56,650 bases of DNA from Eubacteriales bacterium (GTDB lineage: Bacteria; Bacillota; Clostridia; Oscillospirales; CAG-272): the NCBI GenBank assembly GCA_045591885.1, contig JAZNTT010000029.1, forward strand, positions 1 through 56,650, read 5' to 3'. The translations under genes and the position numbers were made by a program. Below are positions 1 to 9,516 of the stretch, piece after piece (within the stretch, counting starts at the first letter, position 1; the number at the start of each line of letters is the position of its first letter). The notes beneath the pieces are model-generated. The model was not told the origin of the DNA. It ran no database searches and saw only the letters and a list, made by a program, of their open reading frames with translations.

Positions 1-863
1 TGAAATTCAGCCGCTTCATCCGTAATGATATCGCCGTAGAGATTCGGAAGCACGAACACCTTGAAGTCGGTGCGGCGCCTTTCGTCAACCAGCTTTGCGG
101 TCATGATATCAATGAACCACTCATCGGTATTGATTTCGGGATATTCCTTAGCAATTTCCTCGCACAGACGCAGGAACTTACCGTCGGTCGTTTTGATGAT
201 GTTGGCTTTGGTAACGATGGAAACGCGATTCTTCTTATTTTTTCTCGCATATTCGAATGCAAGGCGAGCGATACGGTTTGTGCCCTCTGTGGTGGTAACG
301 CAGAAGTCAACAGCGAGGTCGTCGGTAACGTTTACGCCCTGCGAGCCGACCGCATAGCTACCCTCGGTGTTCTCACGGAAGAAGGTCCAGTCGATGCCCT
401 TATCGGGAACCTTAACGGGACGAACGTTAGCAAAAAGGTCGAGCTTCTTTCTCATAGCGACGTTTGCGCTCTCGATGTTCGGCCACGGATCGCCTGCGCG
501 AGGGGTCGTCGTCGGTCCCTTGAGGATAACGTCACACTTATAAAGCTCCTCCATTACCTCGTCGGGGATCGCCTGCATGTGCTTTACGCGGTTTTCGATG
601 GTGAGTCCGTCGATAACCTTAAATTCGATCTTTCCGCTCTTAACGTCGTCGGCAAGAAGATACTCAAGAACCTTCTTCGATGCGTCGGTGATGATCGGTC
701 CGATGCCGTCTCCGCCGCAGACGCCGATTACTATCTTATCCATTTTGGAATAATCAACAGCGTCACCTGCCGCATTTATCTTTTCAACTCGCTGGAGCTG
801 TGAGCGAAGCAGTGCTTCGTACTTTTCGACTGCGCTTTTGATCTGATTTTCGTAGTTTGCCAT
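1..863 (-). CDS. Isocitrate/isopropylmalate dehydrogenase family protein (3' end runs off window)
   Basis: Manual translation from ATG at 863 (AGGAG RBS): MANYENQIK...VCGGDGIGP...ILKGPTTTP...RKKLDLFANVRP...FRENTEG...TKANIIK...LPNLYGDIITDEAA. Not in the ORF track because it is open-ended. Confidence 0.9.
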   Translation of the reverse strand, partial: MANYENQIKSAVEKYEALLRSQLQRVEKINAAGDAVDYSKMDKIVIGVCGGDGIGPIITDASKKVLEYLLADDVKSGKIEFKVIDGLTIENRVKHMQAIPDEVMEELYKCDVILKGPTTTPRAGDPWPNIESANVAMRKKLDLFANVRPVKVPDKGIDWTFFRENTEGSYAVGSQGVNVTDDLAVDFCVTTTEGTNRIARLAFEYARKNKKNRVSIVTKANIIKTTDGKFLRLCEEIAKEYPEINTDEWFIDIMTAKLVDERRRTDFKVFVLPNLYGDIITDEAAEF

Positions 864-878
864 AATAATCTCCTAAAA

Positions 879-1883
879 TTATTCGCCCGTCGCGTATGCA
901 TTCAGCGAGCTTGAGGCGGTATTTCCGTTTATAAATTCATAGTACGCCTGCGCGCCGATCATAGCGGCGTTATCACCGCAGAGCGAACGCGGCGGAACGT
1001 AAAACTTCATTCCGTGCTTGTTTGCAAATTCTTCCATAAACGAGCGCAGGTGCGAGTTTGCGGATACTCCGCCCGCAAGAACGAGCGAGGTGTGCGGATA
1101 GCGTTCGATTGCCATTTTAAGCTTCTTTTCGACGCTCATCAGCACCGTTTCTGTAAAGGAAGCCGCGATGTCCTCCTTCGGATAAGGGATTCCCTTTTGC
1201 TCCATATTATGAAGAATGTTTATGATATGCGTTTTAAGACCGCTGAACGAGAAGTCAAGACTTCCGTCGTTCAGTGCCGCTGACGGCAGCTTGAACGCTT
1301 TTTTGTCGCCGAGCGATGCAAGACGGTCCATTTCTGCGCCGCCGGGATAAGGTATTCCCATAACTCGCGCGACCTTGTCAAAGGACTCGCCCATTGCGTC
1401 GTCCTTCGTTCTGCCGACGGTCTCAAAATGCGTGTAATCGGTGACCTCGATAAGCGAGGTGTGTCCGCCCGAAACGACGAGTGCAAGGAAGGGCGGCTTA
1501 AGGTCTTGATGAACGAGATAATTCGCCGCTATATGCCCTCTTATGTGATGCACGGGGACAAGCGGAATGTTTCTTGACAGCGCAAGCGATTTTGCGAAAT
1601 TCACGCCTACAAGAAGCGCGCCGATAAGCCCGGGGCGGTTCGTTACGGCGATAGCGTCGATGTCGTCAAGGGTAACGCCTGCAGCTTCAAGTGCCTCATA
1701 GGTAATTTTCGATATTACCTCACTGTGCGCGCGGCTTGCGATCTCGGGCACGACTCCGCCGTAAAGGGCATGCGTTTCTATTTGTGATGCGACGATATTT
1801 GAAAGGATCTTCCTTTCTTCTCCCATCTCGACGACTGCCGAAGAGGTCTCGTCGCAGGAGCTTTCAATTGATAGAATCTTCAT
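879..1883 (-). CDS. tsaD: tRNA N6-adenosine threonylcarbamoyltransferase
   Basis: IESSCDET, GGVVPEIASRAH, HHIRGH, SGGHT, DDAMGESFDKVAR, DNAAMIG motifs. Confidence 0.97.
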   Translation of the reverse strand: MKILSIESSCDETSSAVVEMGEERKILSNIVASQIETHALYGGVVPEIASRAHSEVISKITYEALEAAGVTLDDIDAIAVTNRPGLIGALLVGVNFAKSLALSRNIPLVPVHHIRGHIAANYLVHQDLKPPFLALVVSGGHTSLIEVTDYTHFETVGRTKDDAMGESFDKVARVMGIPYPGGAEMDRLASLGDKKAFKLPSAALNDGSLDFSFSGLKTHIINILHNMEQKGIPYPKEDIAASFTETVLMSVEKKLKMAIERYPHTSLVLAGGVSANSHLRSFMEEFANKHGMKFYVPPRSLCGDNAAMIGAQAYYEFINGNTASSSLNAYATGE

Positions 1884-2317
1884 AGCTTTTTTGTCATAAG
1901 CACCGCATTTTCCTGCGGCTTCGTATAGTAATTTTTTCTTATTCCGTCGATGGTAAAGCCGAAGCTTTCGTAAAGATGACGCGCGGGAGCGTTGCTTTCC
2001 CTCACTTCAAGGTGTAAATAAACGACAGCGCGTTTTTTCGCTTCGTCTTCAAGGGCGGACAGTATAGCTCTTCCAAATCCGTTTCCGCGTTTGTCAGCGC
2101 GGACTGCGATGTTCGCAATATCGCCCTCGTCAAGGACTGTAACGAGCGAGCCGTAGCCGACAAGCTCATCGTTTTCGAAAAGCCCGACGAAGTAAAACCT
2201 GTCGTTACCGAGACACTCGCAAAAGCTCTCCTCGCTCCAAGGACAGGAAAAGCATTCCCTTTCGAGAATAGCGAGCGACGGCGCGTCGGTTACGGAAAGT
2301 ATTTTCAGTTCACTCAC
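1880..2317 (-). CDS. rimI: Ribosomal-protein-alanine N-acetyltransferase (GNAT)
   Basis: PWS...NIAV...RGNGFG...LEVRESN..A..LY..FGF...RKNYY; overlaps the tsaD start. Confidence 0.92.
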   Translation of the reverse strand: MSELKILSVTDAPSLAILERECFSCPWSEESFCECLGNDRFYFVGLFENDELVGYGSLVTVLDEGDIANIAVRADKRGNGFGRAILSALEDEAKKRAVVYLHLEVRESNAPARHLYESFGFTIDGIRKNYYTKPQENAVLMTKKL

Positions 2318-3029
2318 CGCTATTCTCCTTCAAAGATTCAACGTAACCGTCAAGGATTCCGTTCGCCTTAATATACGAAAACGATAGGTGGTCGTAGAAA
2401 TAGCTTCCGTTTTCGGTTATAACGTACTCAAAGCAGAAATACATATGGCTGTATTTTTCCGAGACGAAGCGGATCGAATACGTCTCGGTAAATTCGCCTA
2501 TATTTTCCACCTTTTCACCGTTTACAAGTGTAGAAACGATATTATCAAGCTCGGTCTTATCCTTAATTTCCTCGCGGTAAAGAATAAGCGGCGCATCGAC
2601 GAAAAGATACATTTCGCTTGCTTCAAACTCCGAAATGCTCGGAAGAAGCGCGCTTTCCTCATAATAAAGCTCATAAAGGTCCTTAGTCAAGCGTCTTACG
2701 AGCCAGCTCTTTCCCTTTACGCCCGGGATAGTATAAACCTTATCCTTGCCCATATAGCCGTAAAGGTTTTTTTCATAAAACTCTGTTTTTATCAGATATG
2801 CCGACATATCGGCAGGACAGTAGCTCTTGCCGCTTGACGGATCAATATACGCGCCCTCGTCATATATAAATGTGCGTTCGTTCCGTATGCTCGGAAATAT
2901 CGCAATAACGGCAAAGAACGCCAAAAGCCCGCAAACGACGAAAACAACGGTGTTTTTTTCCCGTCTTTTTTTATCTGCTCTCGCCTGCTTTTCCGCCATC
3001 TTTTTAAGCGTGTTTTTATTTTTGCTCAT
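2310..3029 (-). CDS. Hypothetical single-pass membrane protein
   Basis: Basic N-terminus, one hydrophobic helix, then a soluble domain; tightly coupled between dCMP deaminase and rimI. Confidence 0.75.
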   Translation of the reverse strand: MSKNKNTLKKMAEKQARADKKRREKNTVVFVVCGLLAFFAVIAIFPSIRNERTFIYDEGAYIDPSSGKSYCPADMSAYLIKTEFYEKNLYGYMGKDKVYTIPGVKGKSWLVRRLTKDLYELYYEESALLPSISEFEASEMYLFVDAPLILYREEIKDKTELDNIVSTLVNGEKVENIGEFTETYSIRFVSEKYSHMYFCFEYVITENGSYFYDHLSFSYIKANGILDGYVESLKENSGE

Positions 3030-3033
3030 TGAC

Positions 3034-3522
3034 TCAATATCCGAACTGACCCGACAGACTGTCGTCGTCGGTTATCCAATCCGCAACCTCAATAATGCGA
3101 TAAGTATCCTCGGTATCTCGGATAACGACCTTTTCGATACCCGCGTTTATAACCTGTCGCTTGCACATTGCACAGCTCGACGTTCCTGAGGCAAGCTCGC
3201 CTGTCTTTGCATCAATGCACGCCATATAGAGCGTCGAACCGATCATCTCCTCGCGCGATGCGGAAATTATCGCGTTCGCCTCAGCGTGGATCGAACGGCA
3301 CATTTCGTATCTTTCGCCTCTCGGGATATTGAGCTTGTCACGCATACAGAACTGTATATCTGAGCAATTCTTTCTGCCTCTCGGCGAGCCGTTATACCCC
3401 GTAGAAACGATGCAGTCGTTCTTTACTATAATAGCTCCGTAGTGCTTTCGAAGACAGGTGCTTCGCTTTGCAACGGTTTCTGCTATATCGAGGTAATAGT
3501 TTATTTTGGAAACTCTCTCCAT
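3034..3522 (-). CDS. Deoxycytidylate deaminase / ComEB-family zinc deaminase
   Basis: RSTCLR, TGYNG, HAEANA and CAMC zinc-binding motifs. Confidence 0.92.
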   Translation of the reverse strand: MERVSKINYYLDIAETVAKRSTCLRKHYGAIIVKNDCIVSTGYNGSPRGRKNCSDIQFCMRDKLNIPRGERYEMCRSIHAEANAIISASREEMIGSTLYMACIDAKTGELASGTSSCAMCKRQVINAGIEKVVIRDTEDTYRIIEVADWITDDDSLSGQFGY

Positions 3523-3613
3523 AATATCCTCCGAGCAAAATTTTCGTATCTTATATTATATCATAATATAGGGTGCTTTTACAATAGTTTTCTTACAAAA
3601 ACCGACATTTTTG

Positions 3614-4114
3614 TCAAACGCCCTTACGTTCCTCTATTGCCGACATGAATTCGGCTCCGCACTGCAATCGAAGAATAGTCAGCTCGTCGCCCTCCTCAAA
3701 AACGAGAATGCAGCTCTCTTTCGGGAACATATCGGGGCAAAATGACATTTTCTTACCGACCTTACCGTATTCCTTTTCGACCGCCTTCATTTTTTTATAC
3801 GGCATAACCTCGGCAAGAGACGACAGCGGCGCGGTATATAGCGAGGTTCGTCTTTTGCCGACCACTTGAATAACCGTCAGTCTGTTATAGCTGAGAAGCT
3901 CGTCCGAGGGGTCGAGTATATATTCGTAGTACGACATAAGGTATCTTTGCGCTATTTGTATAACGACAACCGCACAAGCGAGAGCTATAACCTCAAACAC
4001 TCCTTTAAAAAACAGATCAAGGGTTGAAATGATTAGAAAAACAACGGTCAGCACGCCGAAAAGCGTCGCGAACAGTACCGCGTATTTGTTTTTGCTTATA
4101 CTTACGTATTTCAT
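3614..4114 (-). CDS. Hypothetical membrane protein (two N-terminal TM helices)
   Basis: ATG at 4114 with AGGAG RBS; two hydrophobic segments followed by YEYIL. Confidence 0.7.
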   Translation of the reverse strand: MKYVSISKNKYAVLFATLFGVLTVVFLIISTLDLFFKGVFEVIALACAVVVIQIAQRYLMSYYEYILDPSDELLSYNRLTVIQVVGKRRTSLYTAPLSSLAEVMPYKKMKAVEKEYGKVGKKMSFCPDMFPKESCILVFEEGDELTILRLQCGAEFMSAIEERKGV

Positions 4115-4115
4115 A

Positions 4116-4604
4116 TTAACTCCTGTATTCTGCAACGTTAAGAACGATCTGTCCGCCTACTGTCTCGATATATCCGAATGACGGTGACAGGTACCCGGGT
4201 GCTCCTATGCTTCCGGGATTGAATATATAAAACGGCTTTTCGCCGTCGATACGCCTTATATCGCGGGCGTGCGTATGACCGTAGAGAACGAGGTCGACTC
4301 CCTTTTCCCTTGCGTAGTATTCAAGGACCGACGTGCCGTGCTTTACGCTTTTACCGTGTCCGTGCAGCATAAGCACTCGGAAGCCGTCGAGGTCAAAAAT
4401 CCGTTCCTCCGGTGTTCCGTCAAAGAAGTCGCAATTCCCCTTGACCGAGAGCATTCTCGCGCTTGTCATATTGCTTTTTTGCAGTTTATCGAAGTCTGAT
4501 ATTCCGTCGCCGAGAAAAAGCACAACGTCGTATTTATCACGCGAAAAAACGTCTGCCATTCTCTCATATTTGCCGTGACTGTCCGAAAAAACGAGTATCT
4601 TCAT
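4116..4604 (-). CDS. YfcE/YsnB-family metallophosphoesterase
   Basis: SDSHG, LGDG, GNCD, HGH, GHTH, NPGS motifs. Confidence 0.93.
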   Translation of the reverse strand: MKILVFSDSHGKYERMADVFSRDKYDVVLFLGDGISDFDKLQKSNMTSARMLSVKGNCDFFDGTPEERIFDLDGFRVLMLHGHGKSVKHGTSVLEYYAREKGVDLVLYGHTHARDIRRIDGEKPFYIFNPGSIGAPGYLSPSFGYIETVGGQIVLNVAEYRS

Positions 4605-4688
4605 AAGCCCTCCAAGTAACGCTAACTTGATTATAGCATAGAATGAAAATGATTACCACAGTTTTTTGTAAATAAAGGAAGGTACGAT

Positions 4689-4931
4689 ATGGAAATCAGC
4701 CAAGATATGATAAACAAGATCAGCGCGCTAAACGATGCCGAGCTGAAAAAGGCGATCGGGCAGATAGCAGATGCACTCGGCGCGTCACAGTCTCAAAAGC
4801 GCATGGCGATGAGCAATGCGGGCTTCATTAAGAGGAAGATCAACACGATGTCGAAGAACGAAATGCAGGCATTTTTATCAAAGGTCCCCCCCGAAAAGGC
4901 GGAAGAGCTTAAAAAAACGCTCGGGCTTTGA
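4689..4931 (+). CDS. Small hypothetical helical protein
   Basis: 80 aa ORF with AAGGAAGG RBS; first gene of a tight three-gene run. Confidence 0.75.
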   Translation: MEISQDMINKISALNDAELKKAIGQIADALGASQSQKRMAMSNAGFIKRKINTMSKNEMQAFLSKVPPEKAEELKKTLGL

Positions 4932-4944
4932 GAAAGGAGACAGT

Positions 4945-5253
4945 ATGGACGATATTTCCGAAATGCTCAAAAGCGTTATGTCGGACCCCGAAACGATGTC
5001 GAAGCTCATGAGCGTTGCTCAAGGTCTGACGGGAGGCGGCGAAAATCCGTCTCCAACACCCGAGAAACCCACGGAAAATGAACCGGAAGCAAAACCGAGC
5101 TTGCTCACAAAGGGCAACGAGGAGCGCATCGCACTTATCAGCGCGATCCGACCGTATCTCTCTCCAGAGCGGCGTAAAAGTGCCGACAGTATGATAAAAA
5201 TGCTTAAAATGATGAAGCTGACCGATCTGAGCAAAATGCTCGGCAACCTCTGA
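4945..5253 (+). CDS. Hypothetical protein (MDDISEML...LISAIRPYLSPERR type, possibly spore-associated)
   Basis: AAAGGAG RBS before ATG at 4945; Pro/Glu linker; C-terminal 'ALISAIRPYLSPERRKSAD'. Confidence 0.75.
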   Translation: MDDISEMLKSVMSDPETMSKLMSVAQGLTGGGENPSPTPEKPTENEPEAKPSLLTKGNEERIALISAIRPYLSPERRKSADSMIKMLKMMKLTDLSKMLGNL

Positions 5254-5266
5254 AAGCGAGGATGAA

Positions 5267-5740
5267 ATGTACACACGAAGCTACTCCAACAGAATCAATA
5301 ATGCCCCGCTCCCGCCCGATTACAGCGGTACTGCGTTAACTCTGCGGCCGCCGACGGAGGAAGTACCCGCCCGTGCCGCGCTGACGCGTCCAAGCGGCAG
5401 AGGAACGGCGTTCGGACGCGATATAACGCCCCGCTATCCGCAGTACAGCGAGGAGAATTACCGAGAGCCGAGCGACGGTATAGTCGACAAGACCGAAGCG
5501 CCGTTCGGAATCCTCGGTCAGAACGGAGAGGGAGAAAGAGAGGTAAACGAGCCGATTCCCGACTCGCTTCCTACCGCATCGCGCGAAAGCAGACCGCTCA
5601 TCGATCTCAGCAAGCTCGGAAGCGACGATCTTCTGCTCCTCGGTCTCGCGTTTCTCATATTCACCGACAAGGACCGCGAGGGCGATATTCCCGTCGACGC
5701 CCTTCTCATACTCGCAACCCTGTTTTTGTCGGGGTTATAA
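5267..5740 (+). CDS. Hypothetical Pro-rich protein with C-terminal DDLLLLGL...LLILA hydrophobic hairpin
   Basis: GAGG RBS; low-complexity N-terminus; two short hydrophobic segments at the end. Confidence 0.7.
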   Translation: MYTRSYSNRINNAPLPPDYSGTALTLRPPTEEVPARAALTRPSGRGTAFGRDITPRYPQYSEENYREPSDGIVDKTEAPFGILGQNGEGEREVNEPIPDSLPTASRESRPLIDLSKLGSDDLLLLGLAFLIFTDKDREGDIPVDALLILATLFLSGL

Positions 5741-5769
5741 TCGCACGAACAAAATTTGCACCATGCATT

Positions 5770-5820
5770 GTAGGGGGCGACGTCCTCGGCGCCCCGTAGG
5801 GCGGGGGCTTGCTCCCGCCG
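5770..5820 (+). repeat. Two abutting GTAG-type REP-like palindromes
   Basis: GTAGGGGGCGACGTCCTCGGCGCCCCG (5770-5796) and GTAGGGCGGGGGCTTGCTCCCGCCG (5796-5820); the second recurs exactly at 50867 and 54808. Confidence 0.85.
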
Positions 5821-5822
5821 TA

Positions 5823-5855
5823 TAAAAAGAACGTTCGATTCTCGAACGTTCTTTT
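5823..5855. terminator. Bidirectional intrinsic terminator
   Basis: AAAAAGAACGTTCGA-TTC-TCGAACGTTCTTTTT between convergent genes. Confidence 0.85.
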
Positions 5856-6106
5856 TATGATTTAATCTCCCCGTACAATTCATATAACGTCTTATTAAGG
5901 ACAGACGAAATGTGAAGAAGCTCTATATCCGTTATAAACCGCTGCCCCGATTCCATTCTTTGGACAGCATTTTTGTCAACGTTAAGTCCGCTTATCTGCA
6001 ATTTTTCCGCAAGAATCCTTTGAGAAATCTTCATTTCCATTCTGAATTTCGCGATATTTTTGCCGCAAATATTATTTTTTCCGTCAAAATTCTTATTAAT
6101 AAACAC
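5855..6106 (-). CDS. XRE-family helix-turn-helix regulator
   Basis: GKNIAKFR...ISQRILAEKLQ...AVQRMESGQR..TDIEL..IS.VL pattern. Confidence 0.85.
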   Translation of the reverse strand: MFINKNFDGKNNICGKNIAKFRMEMKISQRILAEKLQISGLNVDKNAVQRMESGQRFITDIELLHISSVLNKTLYELYGEIKS

Positions 6107-6119
6107 TTTTTTCGCCTTT

Positions 6120-6193
6120 TTGACATTCAGTGCTTGACATTTTTTAAATTATACCTTATAATGATTCCATAATTGACATTCTGTAAATGTCAA
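6120..6193 (+). promoter_or_regulatory. Consensus sigma-A promoter plus putative XRE operator
   Basis: TTGACA(6134)-17 nt-TATAAT(6157); TTGACATT occurs at 6120, 6134 and 6173; palindrome TTGACATT-CTGTA-AATGTCAA at 6173-6193. Confidence 0.7.
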
Positions 6194-6215
6194 AATAAAC
6201 ATTTAGGAGCTAATT

Positions 6216-6314
6216 ATGGAACAGCAAAAAGTAGATATGTATATCATGTCAAATCAAAAGTATTTTCCGGCAGAAAAGGATAAAGCCTTTTGCGGTTTAT
6301 TCTTTAACTGTTGA
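6216..6314 (+). pseudogene. Truncated gene, probably the N-terminus of a TM2-domain protein
   Basis: AGGAG RBS; MEQQKVDMYIMSNQKYFPAEK matches, from memory, the N-terminus of gut-bacterial TM2 proteins; stops after 32 aa. Confidence 0.6.
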
Positions 6315-6357
6315 GGCTGTCAATTTCATTTTATACATAATAAGATTGTTTTGAGGC

Positions 6358-6390
6358 AAAAAGCCAATGCTTGACGGCATTGGCTTTTTT
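6358..6390. terminator. Bidirectional intrinsic terminator downstream of trpB
   Basis: AAAAAGCCAATGC-TTGACG-GCATTGGCTTTTT. Confidence 0.85.
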
Positions 6391-6393
6391 AAT

Positions 6394-7611
6394 TTATCTT
6401 ATTCCGTAATTTTCGATAATGTAATCCATATCCTTGTCGCCGCGACCCGAAAGATTGATAAGCACAGATCCGCGCTTCATCTGCTTTGCGAGCTTCATGC
6501 CGTAAGCAACCGCGTGCGCGCTTTCGATAGCGGGAATGATTCCCTCCATGCGCGAAAGCTCGAAGAATGCGTCGATGGTCTCCTCGTCGTTTATAACGTC
6601 ATACTTGACGCGTCCGATGTCACGAAGGAACGCGTGCTCGGGACCCGACGACGGATAGTCAAGACCGCTCGCAACCGAATAAACGGGCGCGGGATCGCCG
6701 TTTTCGTCTTTAAGCATAATGCTGTTGAAGCCGTGCATGATACCCTCGGTTCCGTACTTAAGAGAAGCCGCGTGATCGCCGAGCTTTTCGCCGCGCCCGA
6801 GCGGCTCAATTCCGTAAATATCAACGGGATCGTTTAAAAATCCCGAGAAGAAGCCCGCCGCATTAGAGCCGCCGCCGACGCAAGCGACGATAGCGTCGGG
6901 AAGATGTCCCGTCATATTAACGAACTGCTCTCTTGCCTCTTCTCCGACAACACTCTGGAAATCGCGCACCATCATCGGGAACGGATGCGGTCCAAGGACC
7001 GAGCCGATACAGTAGATAGCGTCCTTATATTCCTTAGCATACGCCTCGAAAGCGGCGTCAACTGCCTCCTTGAGCGTCTTGAGACCGTGAGTTACCTCGA
7101 CTACGTTTGCGCCGAGTATCTTCATTCTCGCTACGTTGGGCGCCTGCTTCTTTATGTCGACGGAGCCCATATAAATATCACATTCAAGTCCGAAATAAGC
7201 TGCCGCAGTAGCAAGTGCAACGCCGTGCTGACCGGCTCCCGTCTCTGCAATTACCTTCTTCTTGCCCATATATTTTGCAAGAAGCGCCTCGCCCATACAG
7301 TGGTTAAGCTTATGCGCGCCTGTATGATTCAGGTCCTCGCGCTTAACGTAAAGCTGAACGTTTCCGAGCTTACCGGAAAGACGTTCAAGGTGCGAAACGG
7401 GTGTCGGTCTGCCCTGAAATTCTTGACGGATACGGCGCAGCTCCGCTATAAAGCGTCTCGACTGCGCGATCGTCATATATGCCTCAGTTATCTCGTCCAT
7501 CGCCGCCTGAAGCTCGGGCTGGATAAAGGAGCCGCCGTATTTTCCAAAGTATCCGTTTTTATCGGGATACGTTTTAAAATACGTATTAAAATCAACATTT
7601 TCGTATTTCAT
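6394..7611 (-). CDS. trpB: Tryptophan synthase beta chain (no adjacent trpA)
   Basis: [14 protein letters not shown] (PLP Lys), [29 protein letters not shown]. Confidence 0.96.
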   Translation of the reverse strand: MKYENVDFNTYFKTYPDKNGYFGKYGGSFIQPELQAAMDEITEAYMTIAQSRRFIAELRRIRQEFQGRPTPVSHLERLSGKLGNVQLYVKREDLNHTGAHKLNHCMGEALLAKYMGKKKVIAETGAGQHGVALATAAAYFGLECDIYMGSVDIKKQAPNVARMKILGANVVEVTHGLKTLKEAVDAAFEAYAKEYKDAIYCIGSVLGPHPFPMMVRDFQSVVGEEAREQFVNMTGHLPDAIVACVGGGSNAAGFFSGFLNDPVDIYGIEPLGRGEKLGDHAASLKYGTEGIMHGFNSIMLKDENGDPAPVYSVASGLDYPSSGPEHAFLRDIGRVKYDVINDEETIDAFFELSRMEGIIPAIESAHAVAYGMKLAKQMKRGSVLINLSGRGDKDMDYIIENYGIR

Positions 7612-7705
7612 AATAAATTCTCCTTAAAAGTTAGTAAAGTAAAGCTTTAAGAAAAATACCGCCATCGTCTTGCTAATATAAACATACTTTCTCCCTCTCC
7701 GTCGG

Positions 7706-7965
7706 AAAACAAAAATCGCCCCGACAGAAAACATAATTCCGTCAAGGACGAATATAAGCTAAAGCATATATCCGCGGTGCCACCGTGACTTGGCGCTTCG
7801 CGCCCACTCAACATACCGAAAAGTATGCACGTATTTAACGGTTACGTTTCCGTCGGTCATTAGCCGCCCTCCGAAGTCCATTCACCGTAAGTGCCGTCGC
7901 CGCGCTCACACCGTCCGCGGCTCGCTGAAATACCAAATTACGGTTACTACTCTTCATCAAAGGTT
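7706..7965 (-). promoter_or_regulatory. T-box riboswitch with Trp (UGG) specifier
   Basis: Minus strand: GAAGAGTAGTAA...GGTGTGAG...GAA-TGG-ACTT specifier (7878-7880); T-box GGTGGCACCGCG (7773-7784); terminator hairpin plus T-run at about 7710-7750. Confidence 0.92.
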
Positions 7966-7976
7966 TCTTTTCTGTC

Positions 7977-8005
7977 ATTATATCACCACGGCAAACCTTT
8001 GTCAA
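7977..8005 (-). promoter_or_regulatory. Sigma-A promoter of the T-box/trpB transcript
   Basis: TTGACA-17 nt-TATAAT, perfect consensus. Confidence 0.8.
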
Positions 8006-8096
8006 TATTTTTATCAAATTATATTGATAAAGCGTAATTGCGCATAATTAACGCTATCCGGGGGAAAAATATCACAAAATATTCACGGAGAATGAA

Positions 8097-9515
8097 ATGA
8101 ATTATTCGGAAACGGTATCGGAACTGAAAAAATCCCTGAATCTTGAAAAAAGCTTTGACGTTCAGTGCAGAACGGTCGTATCAAACGGACGCGAATTTTC
8201 CTTCTTTTCGACCGCGGGGCTGATCGACAACGAGCTTGCCGAGGAGCTTATAGAGCATCTTGCGCGAGGAGGCGAAAATGCGGTATTCACGCTTCCCTGT
8301 CACGACGTAACGGTCAGTCAGGACCCCGAGGTTTTGACTGATGCTGTGCTTTCGGGCAGAGGTGTTATCCTCTGTGACGGGGTGAAGGGCGGTGTTATTG
8401 CCGACATAAAAAAATTCCCTCTGCGCGGTATTGCCGAGCCCGAAAACGACCGCGTTCTGCGAGGTCCGCGCGACGGATTTACCGAATCTCTCGTTTTTAA
8501 CACTGCAATGATACGCCGTCGGCTTCGTGATCCGAATCTGATAATGGAGCGTTTTTCCGTGGGTAAGACCGCCAAGACCGACGTTGCGCTTTGCTACGTT
8601 GACGGATGTGCCGATGAAAAATTCGTTTCCAAAATGGCAGAAAAGCTGAAAAATCTCGACGTCAAGGCGATAAATATGACGCAGGAAAGCTTGGCGGAAG
8701 CGCTCATACACCGCGGCTGGTACAATCCTTTTCCGAAGGTACGCTACACAGAGCGCCCCGATGCCGCCGCCGCGATGCTTGAGGAAGGAAGTGTGATAAT
8801 CGTCTGTGACAACACGCCGCAGGCGATGATCCTCCCGACCTCGATCTTCGATTATTTACAGGAGACCGACGATTTCTATCTTCCGCCGCTTATCGGAACC
8901 TATCTTCGCCTTACCCGAATGGCAATCTTTTTGCTTTCGCTCATACTCACTCCCCTGTGGTACTACTGCGTCAAAAACGTAGCGTCTCTCCCCGAGTGGC
9001 TTCACTTTCTCGACATTGACAAGAAAGCGGCGGTACCTCTTCTCATGCAGCTTCTGCTCGCGGAATTTATGATAGACGGGTTAAAGCTTGCATCGCTGAA
9101 TACTCCCAATATGCTCAACAACTCGCTTTCGGTCGTCGGAGGACTGATCCTCGGCGATTATGCGGTTGAGGCGGGGTGGTTTTCGCCGCAGACGATACTT
9201 TATATGGCGATAGTTGCTATCGCATCATTTACTCAGCAAAGCTACGAGCTTGGATATGCGTTCAAATTTATACGAATGCTTTTGCTTCTCGCCGTAGAAT
9301 TTTTCGGCGGCTGGGGACTTACCGTCGGGCTGATACTAACCGCACTTACCATCGCACTCAATAAGACGGTTTCTGGAAGCAGATCGTATCTGTACCCACT
9401 CATTCCGTTCAACGGTGATGCCCTCCTCCGCACCTTTGTCAGAAAGCGCTTAACCTATGAAAAACCGAAAAAGAAATGCGGCGCGACGGGGAAAGACAAG
9501 TGCGGAAAGGCATGA
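8097..9515 (+). CDS. GerA/SpoVAF-family spore germination protein
   Basis: RGIAEPE...LRGPRDGFTE...RRRLRDP...YTERPD...LEEG, then multiple TM helices and YLYPLIPF. Confidence 0.9.
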   Translation: MNYSETVSELKKSLNLEKSFDVQCRTVVSNGREFSFFSTAGLIDNELAEELIEHLARGGENAVFTLPCHDVTVSQDPEVLTDAVLSGRGVILCDGVKGGVIADIKKFPLRGIAEPENDRVLRGPRDGFTESLVFNTAMIRRRLRDPNLIMERFSVGKTAKTDVALCYVDGCADEKFVSKMAEKLKNLDVKAINMTQESLAEALIHRGWYNPFPKVRYTERPDAAAAMLEEGSVIIVCDNTPQAMILPTSIFDYLQETDDFYLPPLIGTYLRLTRMAIFLLSLILTPLWYYCVKNVASLPEWLHFLDIDKKAAVPLLMQLLLAEFMIDGLKLASLNTPNMLNNSLSVVGGLILGDYAVEAGWFSPQTILYMAIVAIASFTQQSYELGYAFKFIRMLLLLAVEFFGGWGLTVGLILTALTIALNKTVSGSRSYLYPLIPFNGDALLRTFVRKRLTYEKPKKKCGATGKDKCGKA

Positions 9516-9516
9516 T

